Assembly: GCA_030324005.1 (NCBI GenBank)
Contig: JARDVH010000001.1
Coordinates: 152,184,898-152,248,897, forward strand
DNA from: Negaprion brevirostris
Lineage: Eukaryota
Direction of reading: 5' to 3'
DNA: 64,000 nt
Under the pieces are notes generated by a model, which was not told the DNA's origin, searched no databases, and worked only from the letters and a program-made list of their open reading frames with translations. Positions 38,821 through 51,662 of the stretch are shown piece by piece (position 1 is the first letter of the stretch; each line of letters opens with the position of its first letter). The position numbers were made by a program, and so were the translations under genes.

Positions 38821-40161
38821 ACAAAGAGAGCAACTATAATGCTCTTGGGCAATAAATACTGGTCCATATAACCTGGCTACACTTGACCTGGAAACAGTAC
38901 TAACAGGAAGTTATGGTACAACAGTCCTGTCGCCAGATATAAAGGAGCGCTACAAGCAGAAGAGCTAGAGGGTGAGGACCAAATGTGCACAAAAAGGAAA
39001 AGCAGATAGACCCAGAAAGACTAACATACCAAATTCTTGTGAAAAGCAGCAAATCACTCTCAGGAAAAAGTTGTTTTTCTAACGAGAAAGGAGAAAGGAG
39101 CTCTTAGAGTTCTGTAAACTGGCACAAAAAATGTAAAACCAGGAAAGCTGAACGAATACCTCAGACATTAAAAAGCTGAGCGTTCTCCCAGTAGTTGCCA
39201 GACTGTGAAGTCGATGTTCTTGGTTGGTCGGTTAAAAAGAAATTCCGAAAAGCTACAGCATCAGGACTGTCATGACCCAAGGGAAAGAGGGTTCTAGAAA
39301 TGTGCCTGGCTGTTGATAACCGTAACTGTGAAACTGAGGGGTGAAAGCTGTTATCAGAAAGGATACCTGATCTACCCTGCACAAATAAAAAAACTGTTAT
39401 TGTGGAGGCATGTAGCTGCATTAATGCTGAAGTGGAATGTTTGTGGTTGGGTGTGTATTTTCTTCGTTTTGATTGTTTTAAGTGAAATATATCTTTTTAT
39501 TTGAAGTTTTATTTGCCTGTTAATTTATGTTGCAAAAATGACAATCTTGTCAGTAATTTCTTCTTTGAGAATTGTTCAGTAAATTTAGTCACTTTGGTTT
39601 ACAGTTTCTTCACAAGGATCTAATAGATGACAATCACTCTTCAATGATCTGGCAAAGAACTTGACAATGGTGCTGCAATTGTTAGAACTTCTCAGCTTAT
39701 TACAGTGGAATTGTAAAGCCTATCTGGAAGGTCAAATATATTTCTATAGCAGCTGAATAACAATAACTGCCTACATTACGTTTATATATTTTATACAATT
39801 CTGTGATGATAGAAAACTGGCTTTCATTATACGAAACAATAAATGTCACGATGTTGATTGATAATTGGGGATTTTTTATACAAGCTCTATAGTCCAAGTG
39901 GAAGGAGGCTAAGAGATTGAGACATGTTCTCATCATTAAATGTTCAACAAGTTAAAAGCTGACAAGTTCAATTTTCAGTATATTTTATAATTGGACAATT
40001 CTTTGGACCTGTAATGATTCAGTACAGATACTTCAACAACCAATCTACTATGTGGACTTGCATTATTTTTCTATCCATATAAAGGTGTTTGCGCATACTT
40101 GTAGTCAACTATGTACAAAATACACCCCAGTTCCACTTATTAAAAGATTAAAAACACTTAC

Positions 40162-40256
40162 CTGTTGAAATATACAAAGATTAGGAAAGGTGCGGGAAAT
40201 GTCCAACTTTATGAGTTCCAGACTGGCTTCCCTGTCTGCTACAGATAATCCTAGGT
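40162..40256 (-). CDS. TBC1D14: TBC1D14 coding exon (95 nt): (D)[31 protein letters not shown]; contains the IxxDxxR arginine finger
   Basis: Lies within ORF 40105..40329; CCAG acceptor, CAG|GTAAGT donor. Confidence 0.95.
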
Positions 40257-40625
40257 CTGGAAAGTAGCAATATATATTATTCTGTATCACATAATACACT
40301 GCTTCATAGCTTAGTTTGTGATGCTGCAAAAACTAGAACCTTCAATGAACAATCAAGCATTGAGATACCAGAAAGGATTCATTTTTTACAATTCATTCAC
40401 TGTTCACAGAATAGCTGATTTTTTTTTAAAAAAGAGTATCAAGTCTAATTTCTACTATATCTCCCTATTAGAGAAAAAAGGGGCATTCCAATTTTGCAAA
40501 AAACAACTTGATTTCTTTTTATTGACTATTAAGGAATTGAATACATGCATTTCCAGTACAGACTGAAAATAGCGTCAGGTTTAAAATACTGTTCGGCAAT
40601 TAAAGTGATTGGAGATCACTCTTAT

Positions 40626-40921
40626 TTGATTTGATTTGATTAATTATTGTTGCATCTGTTAACCTACAGTGGAGAGTCTTGTTTCTTGTGCTGTGTACAG
40701 ACAAAGCATACCGTTCATAGCAAAGGAAACAAGAGAGTGCAGAATGTCGTGTTCCAGTCATAGCTAGGGTGGAGAGAAAGATCAATTTAATGCGAGGTGA
40801 GGCCATTCCAAAGTCTGACGGCAACAAGGAAGAAGATGTTCTTCAGTCATTTGGTACATGATCCCAGAAGGATGAAGGTGGATCAGAGAATGTCCAGGGT
40901 GTGTGGGGTCCGTAACTGTGT
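40626..40921 (-). mobile_element. 3' end of a Rex1/Babar-like LINE
   Basis: (TTTGA)n tail; reverse-complement match to 1-123. Confidence 0.6.
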
Positions 40922-41529
40922 NNNNNNNNNNNNNNNNNNNNNNNNNNNNNNNNNNNNNNNNNNNNNNNNNNNNNNNNNNNNNNNNNNNNNNNNNNNNNNN
41001 NNNNNNNNNNNNNNNNNNNNNCTTCCACTAGTGGAGGAGTTACATTTGTTGTTATGAAGGTCGCTAGATGGAATCAGACAATGAAGTTGGGCATGGGAGA
41101 TCAGTTAACAATTCTGACTATCCCATTCCCATATTAAAATTATGTTGCACGGTAAGAAACTGTACAAAAAGAACCTCAATTTAAGATAGTTAACTGACAG
41201 TAAGCAAAGATTGAGCTTCAGCTGAGTTATCAAGTGCTGGCTGAACATCGCAGTCTGCTGCTGACAGTCTAACTAATCATTTAAATCTATTCCACTCCCT
41301 CTTTCACATCATGCCCTCCTCCACCCCCTCGTCCATTACACGACCTACAAACAAGCTTAAGAGTTGACCCTTCCTCATTAATATTGACACTGAATGGCGG
41401 ATGTTTAATAGACGTCAATGCGAACTGCTTGCAGAAATGCAATACTTGTGACAATAACAAATGCAAAATGAACATGCTACCGCTGCTCAAACCTCTCCAG
41501 GGGCACAATTAAGCACTTGAAACAAGTAC

Positions 41530-41610
41530 CTTCACTGTCGACATCGGAGTGTGCTGTACTGAGAGATCTACATTTATCTTTTGCCCGAGTTAAGCAAATG
41601 TCATACAGTT
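41530..41610 (-). CDS. TBC1D14: TBC1D14 coding exon (81 nt): (E)LYDICLTRAKDKCRSLSTAHSDVDSE
   Basis: TTTCAG acceptor, G|GTACTT donor; in phase with neighbouring exons; similar to recalled vertebrate ELFDICLARAKERWRSLST. Confidence 0.9.
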
Positions 41611-42223
41611 CTGAAAGACAGAATTATTTGAAAAGTGAATTCATAATTTCTGAAGAAATTCAAACATGAAATTAAATTCAATTCCAACTAAAAGCTTTTT
41701 AAAAAGTGAAGCAGTTTTATATATTAGATGAAAACAGCATGTCAATTTCAAAAACAGAGCAAAGAAAGAAATATTCATCACAATGTACTTCAGAATCAAA
41801 CTGATCTCATTTAGTTGCTACATAATCACAGAGAAGTTTGCTGCCACAACAAATAGGAGAAACATCATTTACTTGCTTTGCAAATACTCAAAGTTTTGGA
41901 AGTGGAAATACTGGTCCAGACTGTGCAGGATGTACATAATTACCCAAAAAAGGGAATGTCAAATCCATGCCTATCATGCAACATTTGGGACACACCTGGA
42001 ACGTTAAAATGTTTTTCTTTCCCCAAATGTGCCTGAGTCTGAGCATTTCTAGCCTTTTCTGTCTTTATTTCATATTTTCAACTTCTGCCAGTATTGCGCT
42101 TGTGTCAAACTCACGTCAATGCTTTTCATTATCAGTTATTACATAATTCCAGTCTAAGCAACATAAATCTAGATTCCTGCTTGCAAACTAGATTGATACT
42201 ATGGCTTGAATAACGAAAAGTTA

Positions 42224-42500
42224 AAGTTTATTTATTAGTCACAAGTAAGGCTTACATTAACACTGTAATGAAGTTATTGTGAAATTCCCCTAGTCACCAC
42301 ATTCCGGCACCTGTTTGGGCCATTGCACCTAACCAGCACATCTTTCAGACTGTGGGAGGAACCTGGAGTACCCAGAGAAAACCCACGCAGACAAGGGAGA
42401 ACGTGCAAACTCCACATAGACAGTGACCCAAGCTGGGAAGTGAACCCAGGTCCCTGGCACTGAGGGAGCAGTGCTAACCACTGTGCCACCATGCCGCCCC
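42224..42500 (-). mobile_element. V-SINE with alternative tail
   Basis: Aligns with 982-1281 and 4714-5006. Confidence 0.85.
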
Positions 42501-42859
42501 AGTGTTTCACATTTCACAGTCTTAATGAAGTAGAGAGTGCTAAGCTCAGGAGAACTTGCTTGTAGTGAATAGGTAGCAAGTTCCAGCTCAAAGAGAAGCA
42601 GTAGTTCTGGCCTTAGTTCTAGCGAATTAAGCGAGGCTGTGGGTCAGCACTTTGCTGGCAGTAACCAGTGATATTTGGGGTAGTCACAGAGAAGGACAAA
42701 GAAAGTTTTAAATTGAAGACAACTCCATTTTTATTAAGTAGATGTATGATTTGGCAAAAGTGCACTGGAAATGGCTACTTGGAAGCTAGGTGTCAGCAGT
42801 GGGAGGCACTCAATCAGGAGACAGAGGATTGGTAACAAAAGAAAGATGGGAGTCTCAAA

Positions 42860-44260
42860 TCTTGGATCCCTTAGATGTCAAAGAATACATGGGATAGGAT
42901 GAGGCAGAAAAAAAGCTTGCCAGGTACCTCAAGTTTAATACTGCAGAAAGCCTGTAGTATAGAAAGCACAGGGGGAAAATTAAAAGGGTAACTGGGAGAG
43001 CAAAGAAAGGCCATGAACAAATGTTGACAAGTAAAAGCAAAGCAAACCAAAAATAAAAAGAACAAAGGAATATTAGAGGAAAGAGTGAGGCCTATTAACA
43101 ATCAAGAAGAGAACCTGCGGAAGACGTGGGCATGCATCTTGTATTCCCAAAAGTGGGGTATGAAACAGGCATTGTAGTTAAGGGGTGTGAAATATTGGAT
43201 GGGATAAACAGAGGAAGTATTAAGGGACTTAATATCTTTGAAAGTAGACAAATTGCCTAGCCTGAATGAAATATACCTCAAGGTTGCTAAAAGAAGAGAG
43301 AAAATAGCGGAACCTAAGACCACCATTGCCCAAATTTCTCCAGTTACAAGTGTAGTGCTGGAGAACTGCTAACATTGTGTCATTGTTTAAAAAGGAAGAA
43401 AGGGATAACGAGTGATTACAAAGCAAACAGCCCAACCTCTGTGGTGGGCAAATTATTGGGAAAAATTCTGAGGGACAGTGTAATAATTTCTTTTTAAAGG
43501 AATGCATTAGTCAAGCGCAGTCAGCATATTCATGTCTGATTAACACGATTGAATTATTTGAGGAAGTAACAGGGAAGGTTGGTGCTTGTACATTTGAGGC
43601 TGTGTACATGAATTTTAGCAAGGTTTTGGCAAGGTCCCACATGACAACAAATGAGGCAAAGGAACACACAATAAATGGTAGAATACTGAAGGGTAACGAA
43701 GAGTGGAAAGTTGAAGTGAATGTCCACATATCCCTGAAAGCAAAGGACAGGTGAAAAGGTAGTTACAAGGTGGTAAATGGTATAGTTTCTTTTACTAGCT
43801 GAGACATAGAATTTAAGAGCAGGAAAGTTATACTGGAACTGCATAAAACACTATTTATGTCACAGTTGAAATACCATCTGACGTCCTGGTAACCACACTG
43901 CAGATAGGGTGCAATCACATTAGAGGGATTACAGAGGAAATTTGAGAGAATGTTGAATGGAGAAACTTTGAGAAAAGATTATATGGACTGAGACGGTTTT
44001 CTTTGGAACAGATGAGAGTGAAGGGAGATTTAATTGACCTGTATAAAATGCAGGGTCTAGATAGAGTGAATAGGAAGGATCTCTATTGGTAGAGGGAGTC
44101 AACAACCAAGGGTCTTGGACTTGGCAAAGGAATTACAGGAGAGTGGAGGAGAAATCGTTTTACCCATTGAGTGGTCCAGATATGGAATTCACAACTTGAA
44201 AGGATGGCAAAGGTATCATATTTAAAAAAAAATAGATGAGTGTGCATTTCAAGTTCCATA
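42860..44260 (+). mobile_element. Old, internally deleted CR1 ORF2 relic
   Basis: Remnants of LKVDK..G...IYP, V.LFKK, MNFSK.F.KVPH, L.L.KTL, L.GDLIDLYK; the RT core between about 43680 and 43700 is missing. Confidence 0.75.
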
Positions 44261-45091
44261 ACCTACATGACCAAGAGTCGGACAGTGGGATTAGGAGAGA
44301 GATAGGCCCTTTAAAAACATCACAGGCTAGCTCATGCACTGTAAATTTNNNNNNNNNNNNNNNNNNNNNNNNNNNNNNNNNNNNNNNNNNNNNNNNNNNN
44401 NNNNNNNNNNNNNNNNNNNNNNNNNNNNNNNNNNNNNNNNNNNNNNNNTAAATTTTCTGTTTTCGTACTCAGCGAAACCAGTGCATTAGCCTGAAAACAG
44501 AAAATTAGAAACAAGGCAGGGAAGAGTGAGAAACATACTACCATTAGTAGGATGAGAATAGAATAAACATTATATCACTGTGGTAAAACAATCAGACCTA
44601 ACTCACAGCTGTTAAGTTGCACTGTATATGCCTTTTATGGTTTTATTCTACTCCATAGTTACACTGTTTCTCAATTGCAGATCTTTAACTTCAAATCCAA
44701 ACCAGGAGACAGAAATGCAATCAGCGGTCAAGAGAGATAAGCAACAGAATGAGGGAAGACATACCCGCAAAGACAGGAAAAAGGATTGCTACTGAACTTG
44801 TGAATATAGAAAAGGTATAACGATACAAAAACTGACAGCAATTCTCTTAGGTTCAACTACAATTTGAATAACTGATGAGATACATCATTTCATTCCTCAC
44901 CCTATCCAGCATTCTAGTAGTTCTCTCTAAACTTGTTCTTCCATCAGCTATAATAAATCATAGCAAAATAAAAATTTCTGGTTTCCTTGAAATCAAAGCA
45001 GAGAGACTCGCTAACGTATTTCTCTAGAAAGCAGTGGTGTATTTTAAAATTTATCAATACATTTACAGCTAGATAGCTGTTTAACACTCAC

Positions 45092-45198
45092 CATGAGTAA
45101 TATTTAAGTCATTGCCTATTGCCAAGCTCCACACCTTTCCTCTAACGCTTGGAGGAATACCTTGCCACCAAAGATCACGAACTTTACGAGAATGACAC
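45092..45198 (-). CDS. TBC1D14: TBC1D14 coding exon (107 nt): [35 protein letters not shown]; start of TBC domain
   Basis: AAG acceptor, G|GTGAGT donor; TBC motif [11 protein letters not shown]. Confidence 0.94.
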
Positions 45199-46296
45199 CT
45201 TCAGAGTTTTTTAAATTAAAAAGAAAACTATTTCAACTATGGGTAATAATTCTATGCAACTATAAATACATATACAAGATACAACATCAATAATGTTTTT
45301 CAAATGTTCTCTAGGATAAAATTAAATTTAAATAAATTCAAATCAATGTCACTTAGCTAAAGGAAAATGCTAGTGTTATCATGTTCAGCTTACTTCTGGC
45401 AAACATTCTTTGATAGAATTTCAACAGCAAGAGGCAAACTATCTCATTCAAAGAAATGTCCTGCAAGGCTGCTCTTTCCTTGAAATTTGTATTTTGCACA
45501 ATTGTTTCTTTTGGTCTGCATTCTCAGCTCTTTGGCCAGATGAGGCAGCATTGACAGCAAATAATAGCAAAGGCAAAGAGACAGCTACAAAAGATAAAAT
45601 CGTTCCAAACCAAATTAGGGGGAAGAAATAAAGGGTCAGGCGAAAGGAAGATTTACATTTGCAGGCTAAAACTCAAAGGATAGTCTCTTATAGTTACAAG
45701 TCTTCCACGATTTCCTCTTTTCCAAATGGCTCCACATCAAATTGAAGGAACAAAACAAATTGCCTTGGACCTTATTATGGCAAAACAGGGAAAAATCATT
45801 GGAATACTGAATGTTCTTAATCAGACCTTTCTGGAAAGTGCATTCTGTGTCCCTTTGGCTGTAGTAACATGTGGCTCACTTTGATGCCCTCCCTCTTGCC
45901 AAGATAGTCAAGCACTGCTCATTTTGAAGGCTCACACTTACAAAATGAGAAAGCACGGCAGTGAAACTCCGCATTGGCAGCAGGTCAGCTCTTTTGGCAA
46001 AGGAGTGAAAAAAATTTAGGGAAAAGGTTAATAGGATTCACGTACAGCTGAAATGACAGTTAAGCCATCAGGGAAAGTAACTGATAGGTCTAAGTATGCT
46101 CTATGGTTGGGAGAAATTTCAACATTTTAATGCCCTCCTATCATTATAATTGAAAAGAAATCAATACTTTGAAGAAAATTCTATGTCCAGTATGCATTAC
46201 ATTAGTTCACACACCAGTGCTTAAAAACTAGTGAGTATTCACACAAGTCAACTTAGTACTGCAACATTAAAAATATTTTCTTCATTCTTCACTCAC

Positions 46297-46414
46297 ATAG
46301 CCTCCCAATTGGGTAGGATTTCATTGTTCCAGGTAACCACAGCATTACCAATTGTTTCTTCCAGTTTACATCTGTCTTCCAGCAGTTTCCTTCGCCTCTG
46401 AGCATCTTTTTGCT
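46297..46414 (-). CDS. TBC1D14: TBC1D14 coding exon (118 nt): (E)QKDAQRRRKLLEDRCKLEETIGNAVVTWNNEILPNWEA(M)
   Basis: TAG acceptor, AT|GTGAGT donor; WNNEILPNW motif. Confidence 0.93.
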
Positions 46415-47011
46415 CTACATGAAACAAAAGTTTAATATAAACTTACGAAATCTTAAGACAATTTTCTATACAAACATCTTAAGAAAAGTCACATTCTATA
46501 AATACTCAAGTTCAACAAAGATACTATCTGAACACACTAATAAGATGGTCTACCGAGATAGCCAAATGCCTGAACAAGATATCCAAAACCTCCATCTATT
46601 TTTCCTTCACAAACATTACCAACTATGAATACATCTTTAACTACAGAAAATGAGCATGCAAAGATCTGAGGAGTGACATTAACCTAACCTGCCTGGCTGA
46701 AAACTGATGCAATCAGGATGGATGCCCATTCTGTTCCCACTGGATTTTACTGCCCAGTGGTTATTGGAAAGAACAATGAAGCAGGGTACAAAGTGGATTT
46801 AATCCTGGGCATTTCCCAACAGGCAGCTGTTGAAATGCAGGAGGGGTGGGGGGCAGGGGGCGTTAAAAAATTTTGAAAAAGTAACTAAGAATGCTACTTC
46901 ACATCACCTAGCCATTAACTTTAGCATAAAGATAGTTCCNNNNNNNNNNCTGCCACTAAAATATACTAATACATTAAATAGTCAAAAGATATTTAGGTCA
47001 GGTTGATTGAC

Positions 47012-47223
47012 TATAAGACCATAAAACATAGCTGCAGAATTAGGCCATTCAGCCCATCGAGTCTGCCCCGCTGTTCATGATTGGCCATAGTAAATTGTCC
47101 CTTAGTGTCAGGGGGACTGGGACGGTGGATATGTGGGGTTACGAGGATGGTACATGGGTGGAATTCTTGTTAATGCAGGCTTGATGGGCTGGACGGCCTC
47201 CCTCTGCACTGTAGATTCTATGA
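47012..47223. mobile_element. CR1 3' tail (-) fused to an HE1-like SINE 3' half (+)
   Basis: ATAAGACCATAA...GGCCATTCAGCCCATCGAG followed by the SINE tail TGCACTGTAGATTCTATGA. Confidence 0.7.
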
Positions 47224-47238
47224 AAACTAGCTTTTAAC

Positions 47239-47336
47239 CTCGTTTTTTCACTTGAGCCACCATCTCCTCGTACTGCTGTCTGTGTTTCTGAGCCTCTTNN
47301 NNNNNNNNCCCTTCTGCAGGCTTTGCAGGGAGATTC
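47239..47336 (-). CDS. TBC1D14: TBC1D14 coding exon: NLPAKPAE[gap]EAQKHRQQYEEMVAQVKKR; contains a 10-N gap (true length probably 83 nt)
   Basis: TTAG acceptor, G|GTTAAA donor; both sides of the gap translate to the TBC1D14 sequence; phase matches the flanking exons. Confidence 0.9.
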
Positions 47337-47814
47337 CTAAAGTGAAACAAGAGTGGTTACGAAGTGTTTGTTAGCTCGCCAACTACTGTAATAATTCAAA
47401 ATAGAAAAGACACACAATGAACCATTTTGGGTCCAAGATATGTAATCTCCAGTAAAGGTGCGACAATTTCAACTGACATGCATTTGAATATGATTTTTTA
47501 AAAATTGACATTCCTATATTAACCTTAAACAAAGCAAAAATGCAATGGTGAATCAAACGTAACCATGTGATAAGAAAATAAAACACCCTAGACTAAATTT
47601 TGTACTTTTTGCTTAAGAAATGCAATAACTTGGCACAAATGCAAGAGTGTGCTACAATTAACTAATGAAACATATCAAGCAAGAGATGTGGCCACAATAC
47701 AGATGAAGGAACCAAGGAAGGAAGAAACCCAAATGCTCTCACTCACAACCTTTTCTTTCACTACTCTACTCAAACAGAGTAACAAATAAAGATCGGAATA
47801 GCCCATTACATCTT

Positions 47815-48070
47815 CCTGGAATGTTCCAAAATACTTTACAACCAGTCGCACACTTCTGAAAAGCACTATTATGCAGGAGCAGGTTGTTCACAAAGTTCTT
47901 GAACGACCGTACGATAATAACCAATTTGATGGTTAGTGTTTGTCGAGCAAGATAGCATAATAAGTTCGCTGTTCTTCAAGTAGTATCATGAGATTTTTAA
48001 AATCCACACAAGGTGGTGAATGGGGCTACATTTCAATATCTCATTGAAAATAACTTCCCTAGCAATGGTT
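47815..48070 (-). mobile_element. Old DeuSINE-like relic
   Basis: Weak reverse similarity to 18160-18540. Confidence 0.4.
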
Positions 48071-49767
48071 GAAGGATCAACCAAGATGATCCGCTCTTTT
48101 TTGGAAAGGGGCTTCAACCCACCTATTCCACATGCCCCCAAAGGATCGCCAATATGTTTATTTTCAATATGTCTCATTTTCCCACCTAATAAACTGCCAC
48201 ACCCTTCCTAAATCAAAACTGAAGCCATTGTACAATTAAGCTGAAACCCTTCCAGTTAAGATTGCAGTAGAGTCAGCAAGCCATCAGTCAAACATCATAT
48301 TGTCAGTCATTTTCATCTCACCCTTCACAATTTGATTCTGCACGAGTGATTTAACAAATGCTTTGGATTTATCCCACAGTTTATCCCATATTATCCCACA
48401 GTTCTGCATAATTTAACAATTAAAGAAATAATTTAAGAATCCTGAGCCTTAATTTGAGCTAAGTATTTCTTTTGGTGAGGGAATTCAGAGGGAAGCAGGT
48501 AGTAAATGTTTCTCAGTTCTAAACGTTTGTGTTGCAAATACTTTCCATAGCATCTGAGAACATTCAATAACTTTCTATTCAAATGATTCAAAACAATTCT
48601 GACTCAACACAATGCGTTCCCACAAGTGTTAACTTTGTCCTAATAAAGCTGAATGCAAGAAATTAATGATTTAAAAGTTACATTATCACATTGTTTACCT
48701 TTAGCTTCCTACCTGCTAACTCCCCAAAGACTCACTGGGGCATGTTGCCATAGAGAGAAGCACCACTAGTACCACAACATGATATCTTTCACAACAGAGC
48801 ACAAGCAAAATGTATCAGCAAGCTATTTGACTATTAGGGGCATCACAGCCAAGCTCAACCGCAATTTCAACCATTGTCTATACAAAAAAGTTAGGGAGCA
48901 TGAATATTTGCAACCCCAGTGGATGTTTACTGCCTCTCACCTAAATCAAATATGTTGAAGTTAAACAGTGTCTCAGCAATGAGCCACCAAAGGTTAGCTA
49001 ACTTTGTACATGCCAGGCAGTGAAATTCCATTGTGCTACCACACTGAATAATGATTTACTCACTGATCTGTTTAGAATACACAACATAGCACTGCCTTGC
49101 TGTGGTTTTCTGATGCATTTCTCTTTACCACTGTGACAGATGGCACCTCCTGTCGTAGCTTCATAAGAAGCTGGTCTGTCTCAAATAGATTGCTTATGTC
49201 ATCTCTTAGGTCAGATGATGAATGTATTCAGATAATTTAATCATTGGGAGCATCATAGCCATCGCCTATTTTTGTGCACCCCTGGCTAATTGCCCACACA
49301 TTGGGTAATTAAAATCTAAAAAAGCTGTGTTATTATAGTCATTTGGTTTATGCAAAGTGGATCTATCAACTCATTTTCAATAATCAATATGTGGAATATA
49401 GTAAATTAGGATTAGAGCTTTGCCACGTCTTACATTTATCTGTCTTCAATATTCTCTATAGTGTAGTGGGTAAATAATTTAACTTCTAATATTGTAACTT
49501 ACCGTTCTTCTCCCTTCAAAAAAATGGACTGAAAAATGTCAATTCAAATTTTTTTTAGGTCTTTACACAATAAAAAGATAGATTGGTAGTTTACAAATGG
49601 GAACATTGAACCACAAGCCAATTTAGCAACCTAGTAAGAAAAATAGAAACTCAATTTGGTCTTAACACTATTCAGTTTTATCTCATACATTGCGGGAGAT
49701 AGCAAGTACTTTAGGGTATACATTCTTCTTGCAGTTGAGCTTTAAAAATGAGAAGTTTGGGACTTAC

Positions 49768-49886
49768 GCTGGTCTATCCTCAAGGATAAGTGCTGTTGTG
49801 GAGAGGGGCTCGAAGTCAAGGTTTTTCCTCACACTCTGATTAGGAGAGGGGGATTTCTGGGCTCTCCTAGATCTTTCTTCATATTC
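49768..49886 (-). CDS. TBC1D14: TBC1D14 coding exon (119 nt): [39 protein letters not shown](A)
   Basis: Manual translation; TACAG acceptor, GC|GTAAGT donor. The [19 protein letters not shown] motif is recognised from TBC1D14 (TBC1D12 has NFEFEP...DRPS). Confidence 0.92.
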
Positions 49887-50819
49887 CTGTATAAAATAAA
49901 TAATTTACTTGCACCTCTAAGACTGCTAACTAACATTAAAGTTTATCATCCACAAACTAAGTATTATCTTCAAGTAAATACTACCAAATACTATCAACAG
50001 TTTAGAACAGATGGACATGACACAAGGAAAAACATGACACTCTTCTGGGTACAATTTGTGCCAGAATCACAGCCGCAAAAGCAGAAACTCCACCCCTGTT
50101 TAGTTGGAAGACTGGCAATTGTCAGGGCTAGCCAGACTTCATTTTAAAAAAGCATCTTCTAAGATACATATCTTAAAAGATCGGGCAAATTTATCTTGAT
50201 GCTGCATCGTGATTTACTAGAGGAAATGATTGGGAATGCCCACATTCCTGACCTGTGGGGTTCTCTATTGAAGCTTACTCTTCACTGCTGTCAGCGACAG
50301 GGGAAGTAGAAATGTTGCACGGTCAGTCTGGTTACTGCAAGCGATCACATGTAGGAGGAAGTGGAATGCAGAAGTCGCTGAAGATGATGCCTGCCCAGGG
50401 ATCTGCGTAGTGACTGAAGCTATGTAACTTGACATGCAAAATTTGAATCGAGAAGTATGATGGGATGCAGCAAGATATAGTGAAGTGAGATTTAGTCATT
50501 AAAAAGGAAATGGCAACTTTCACATAATCCAAATCACAAAGATGTTCAGACTTAAAATAGTGCTGAGATTAAATAACTACAAAATTCATTTTCATAGTCA
50601 TAGTTATGGATCACAAGTGCAACTAGATTATATTTTATCAACTCTGCATTTGATATTTTGTCAGCACTTGCTTGAAAAAATGAGCTCTCCTTAAAAATTA
50701 GGATGTACAGTCAAACAGGCATGAAATCTCCTAGTTTGGGTAAGAGACATGGTAGCGCGCATTATAGTGAACTAACCACTTCAACTCTGTAGTAATTTGG
50801 ATTTCAGCTGGCAGCACTT

Positions 50820-51340
50820 CTACCATTTTCTTCCTTCAAACTAATTTTTCAACCCAGTTTGCAATCTTTCCCTTATGTCCACGAACCTTCGTTTCTATAT
50901 TAATCCCATGTGATANNNNNNNNNNNNNNNNNNNNNNACCCAGTGCAATTATCTCATCTACAATGTCTCTAACTGCCCCATTAAATTCTATTAGATTGAT
51001 CAAGCAGGATTGTCCATTTTGAATTATGTGATAGATACTTCTAACTATGTTCTCTTTGTCCATATATATGTGGTCATTTGAAGTGTCCAAAGACCTCTCA
51101 CAATCATTGATAATAAAATAATTGTCATGCCAGTTCCCAGATTAGCTTAATTTCCTTTTGAAAGATAGGTACTGTACTGGCCACTCCGCAGTCATTTAGA
51201 GCACATCTGTACTTAATAATATCTTTAAATACAATTTCTAAAGCCTCTAATTTTCTCCATCAATTTCTTTAGAACCCAATATCAAAAGGTGCTGGTGCCT
51301 TTGCTATCTTTTAGATAAACTAACATATCTAAAATATATC
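50820..51340 (-). mobile_element. Old CR1-group RT relic
   Basis: GQSCLINLIEF and GKIANWVE motifs. Confidence 0.65.
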
Positions 51341-51367
51341 AATCACAACATCACTTATCTCAATTAC

Positions 51368-51662
51368 CATAGAATCCCTACTGTGCAGGAGGCGGCCATT
51401 TGGCCCATCGGGTCTGCACAGACTACAATCCCATTCTGTAACCTCTTGTATTTCCTCTGCTAGTCACCTGATGCTAAGGGGCAATTTACTGTATCCAATC
51501 AACCTAACTGCACATCTTTGGACTGTGGGAGGATACTGGGCCATTTGGAGGAAACCCACACAAAGACAGGGAGGATGTGCAAACATCACACAGTGACGCG
51601 AGGTCAGAATTAAACTCAGGTCCTTGGCGCTGAGAGGCAACAGTATTAACCATTGTGCCATT
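51368..51662 (-). mobile_element. V-SINE (HE1-like)
   Basis: Reverse-complement head, V-domain and tail. Confidence 0.8.

Noticed and set aside
38830-39640. Possible LTR-like insert in a TBC1D14 intron
   Set aside because: Composition is suggestive, but no termini, TSD or second copy could be established.
29825-49886. Assignment to the paralogue TBC1D12
   Set aside because: Diagnostic residues ([50 protein letters not shown]) fit TBC1D14 as recalled; a phylogeny would confirm.
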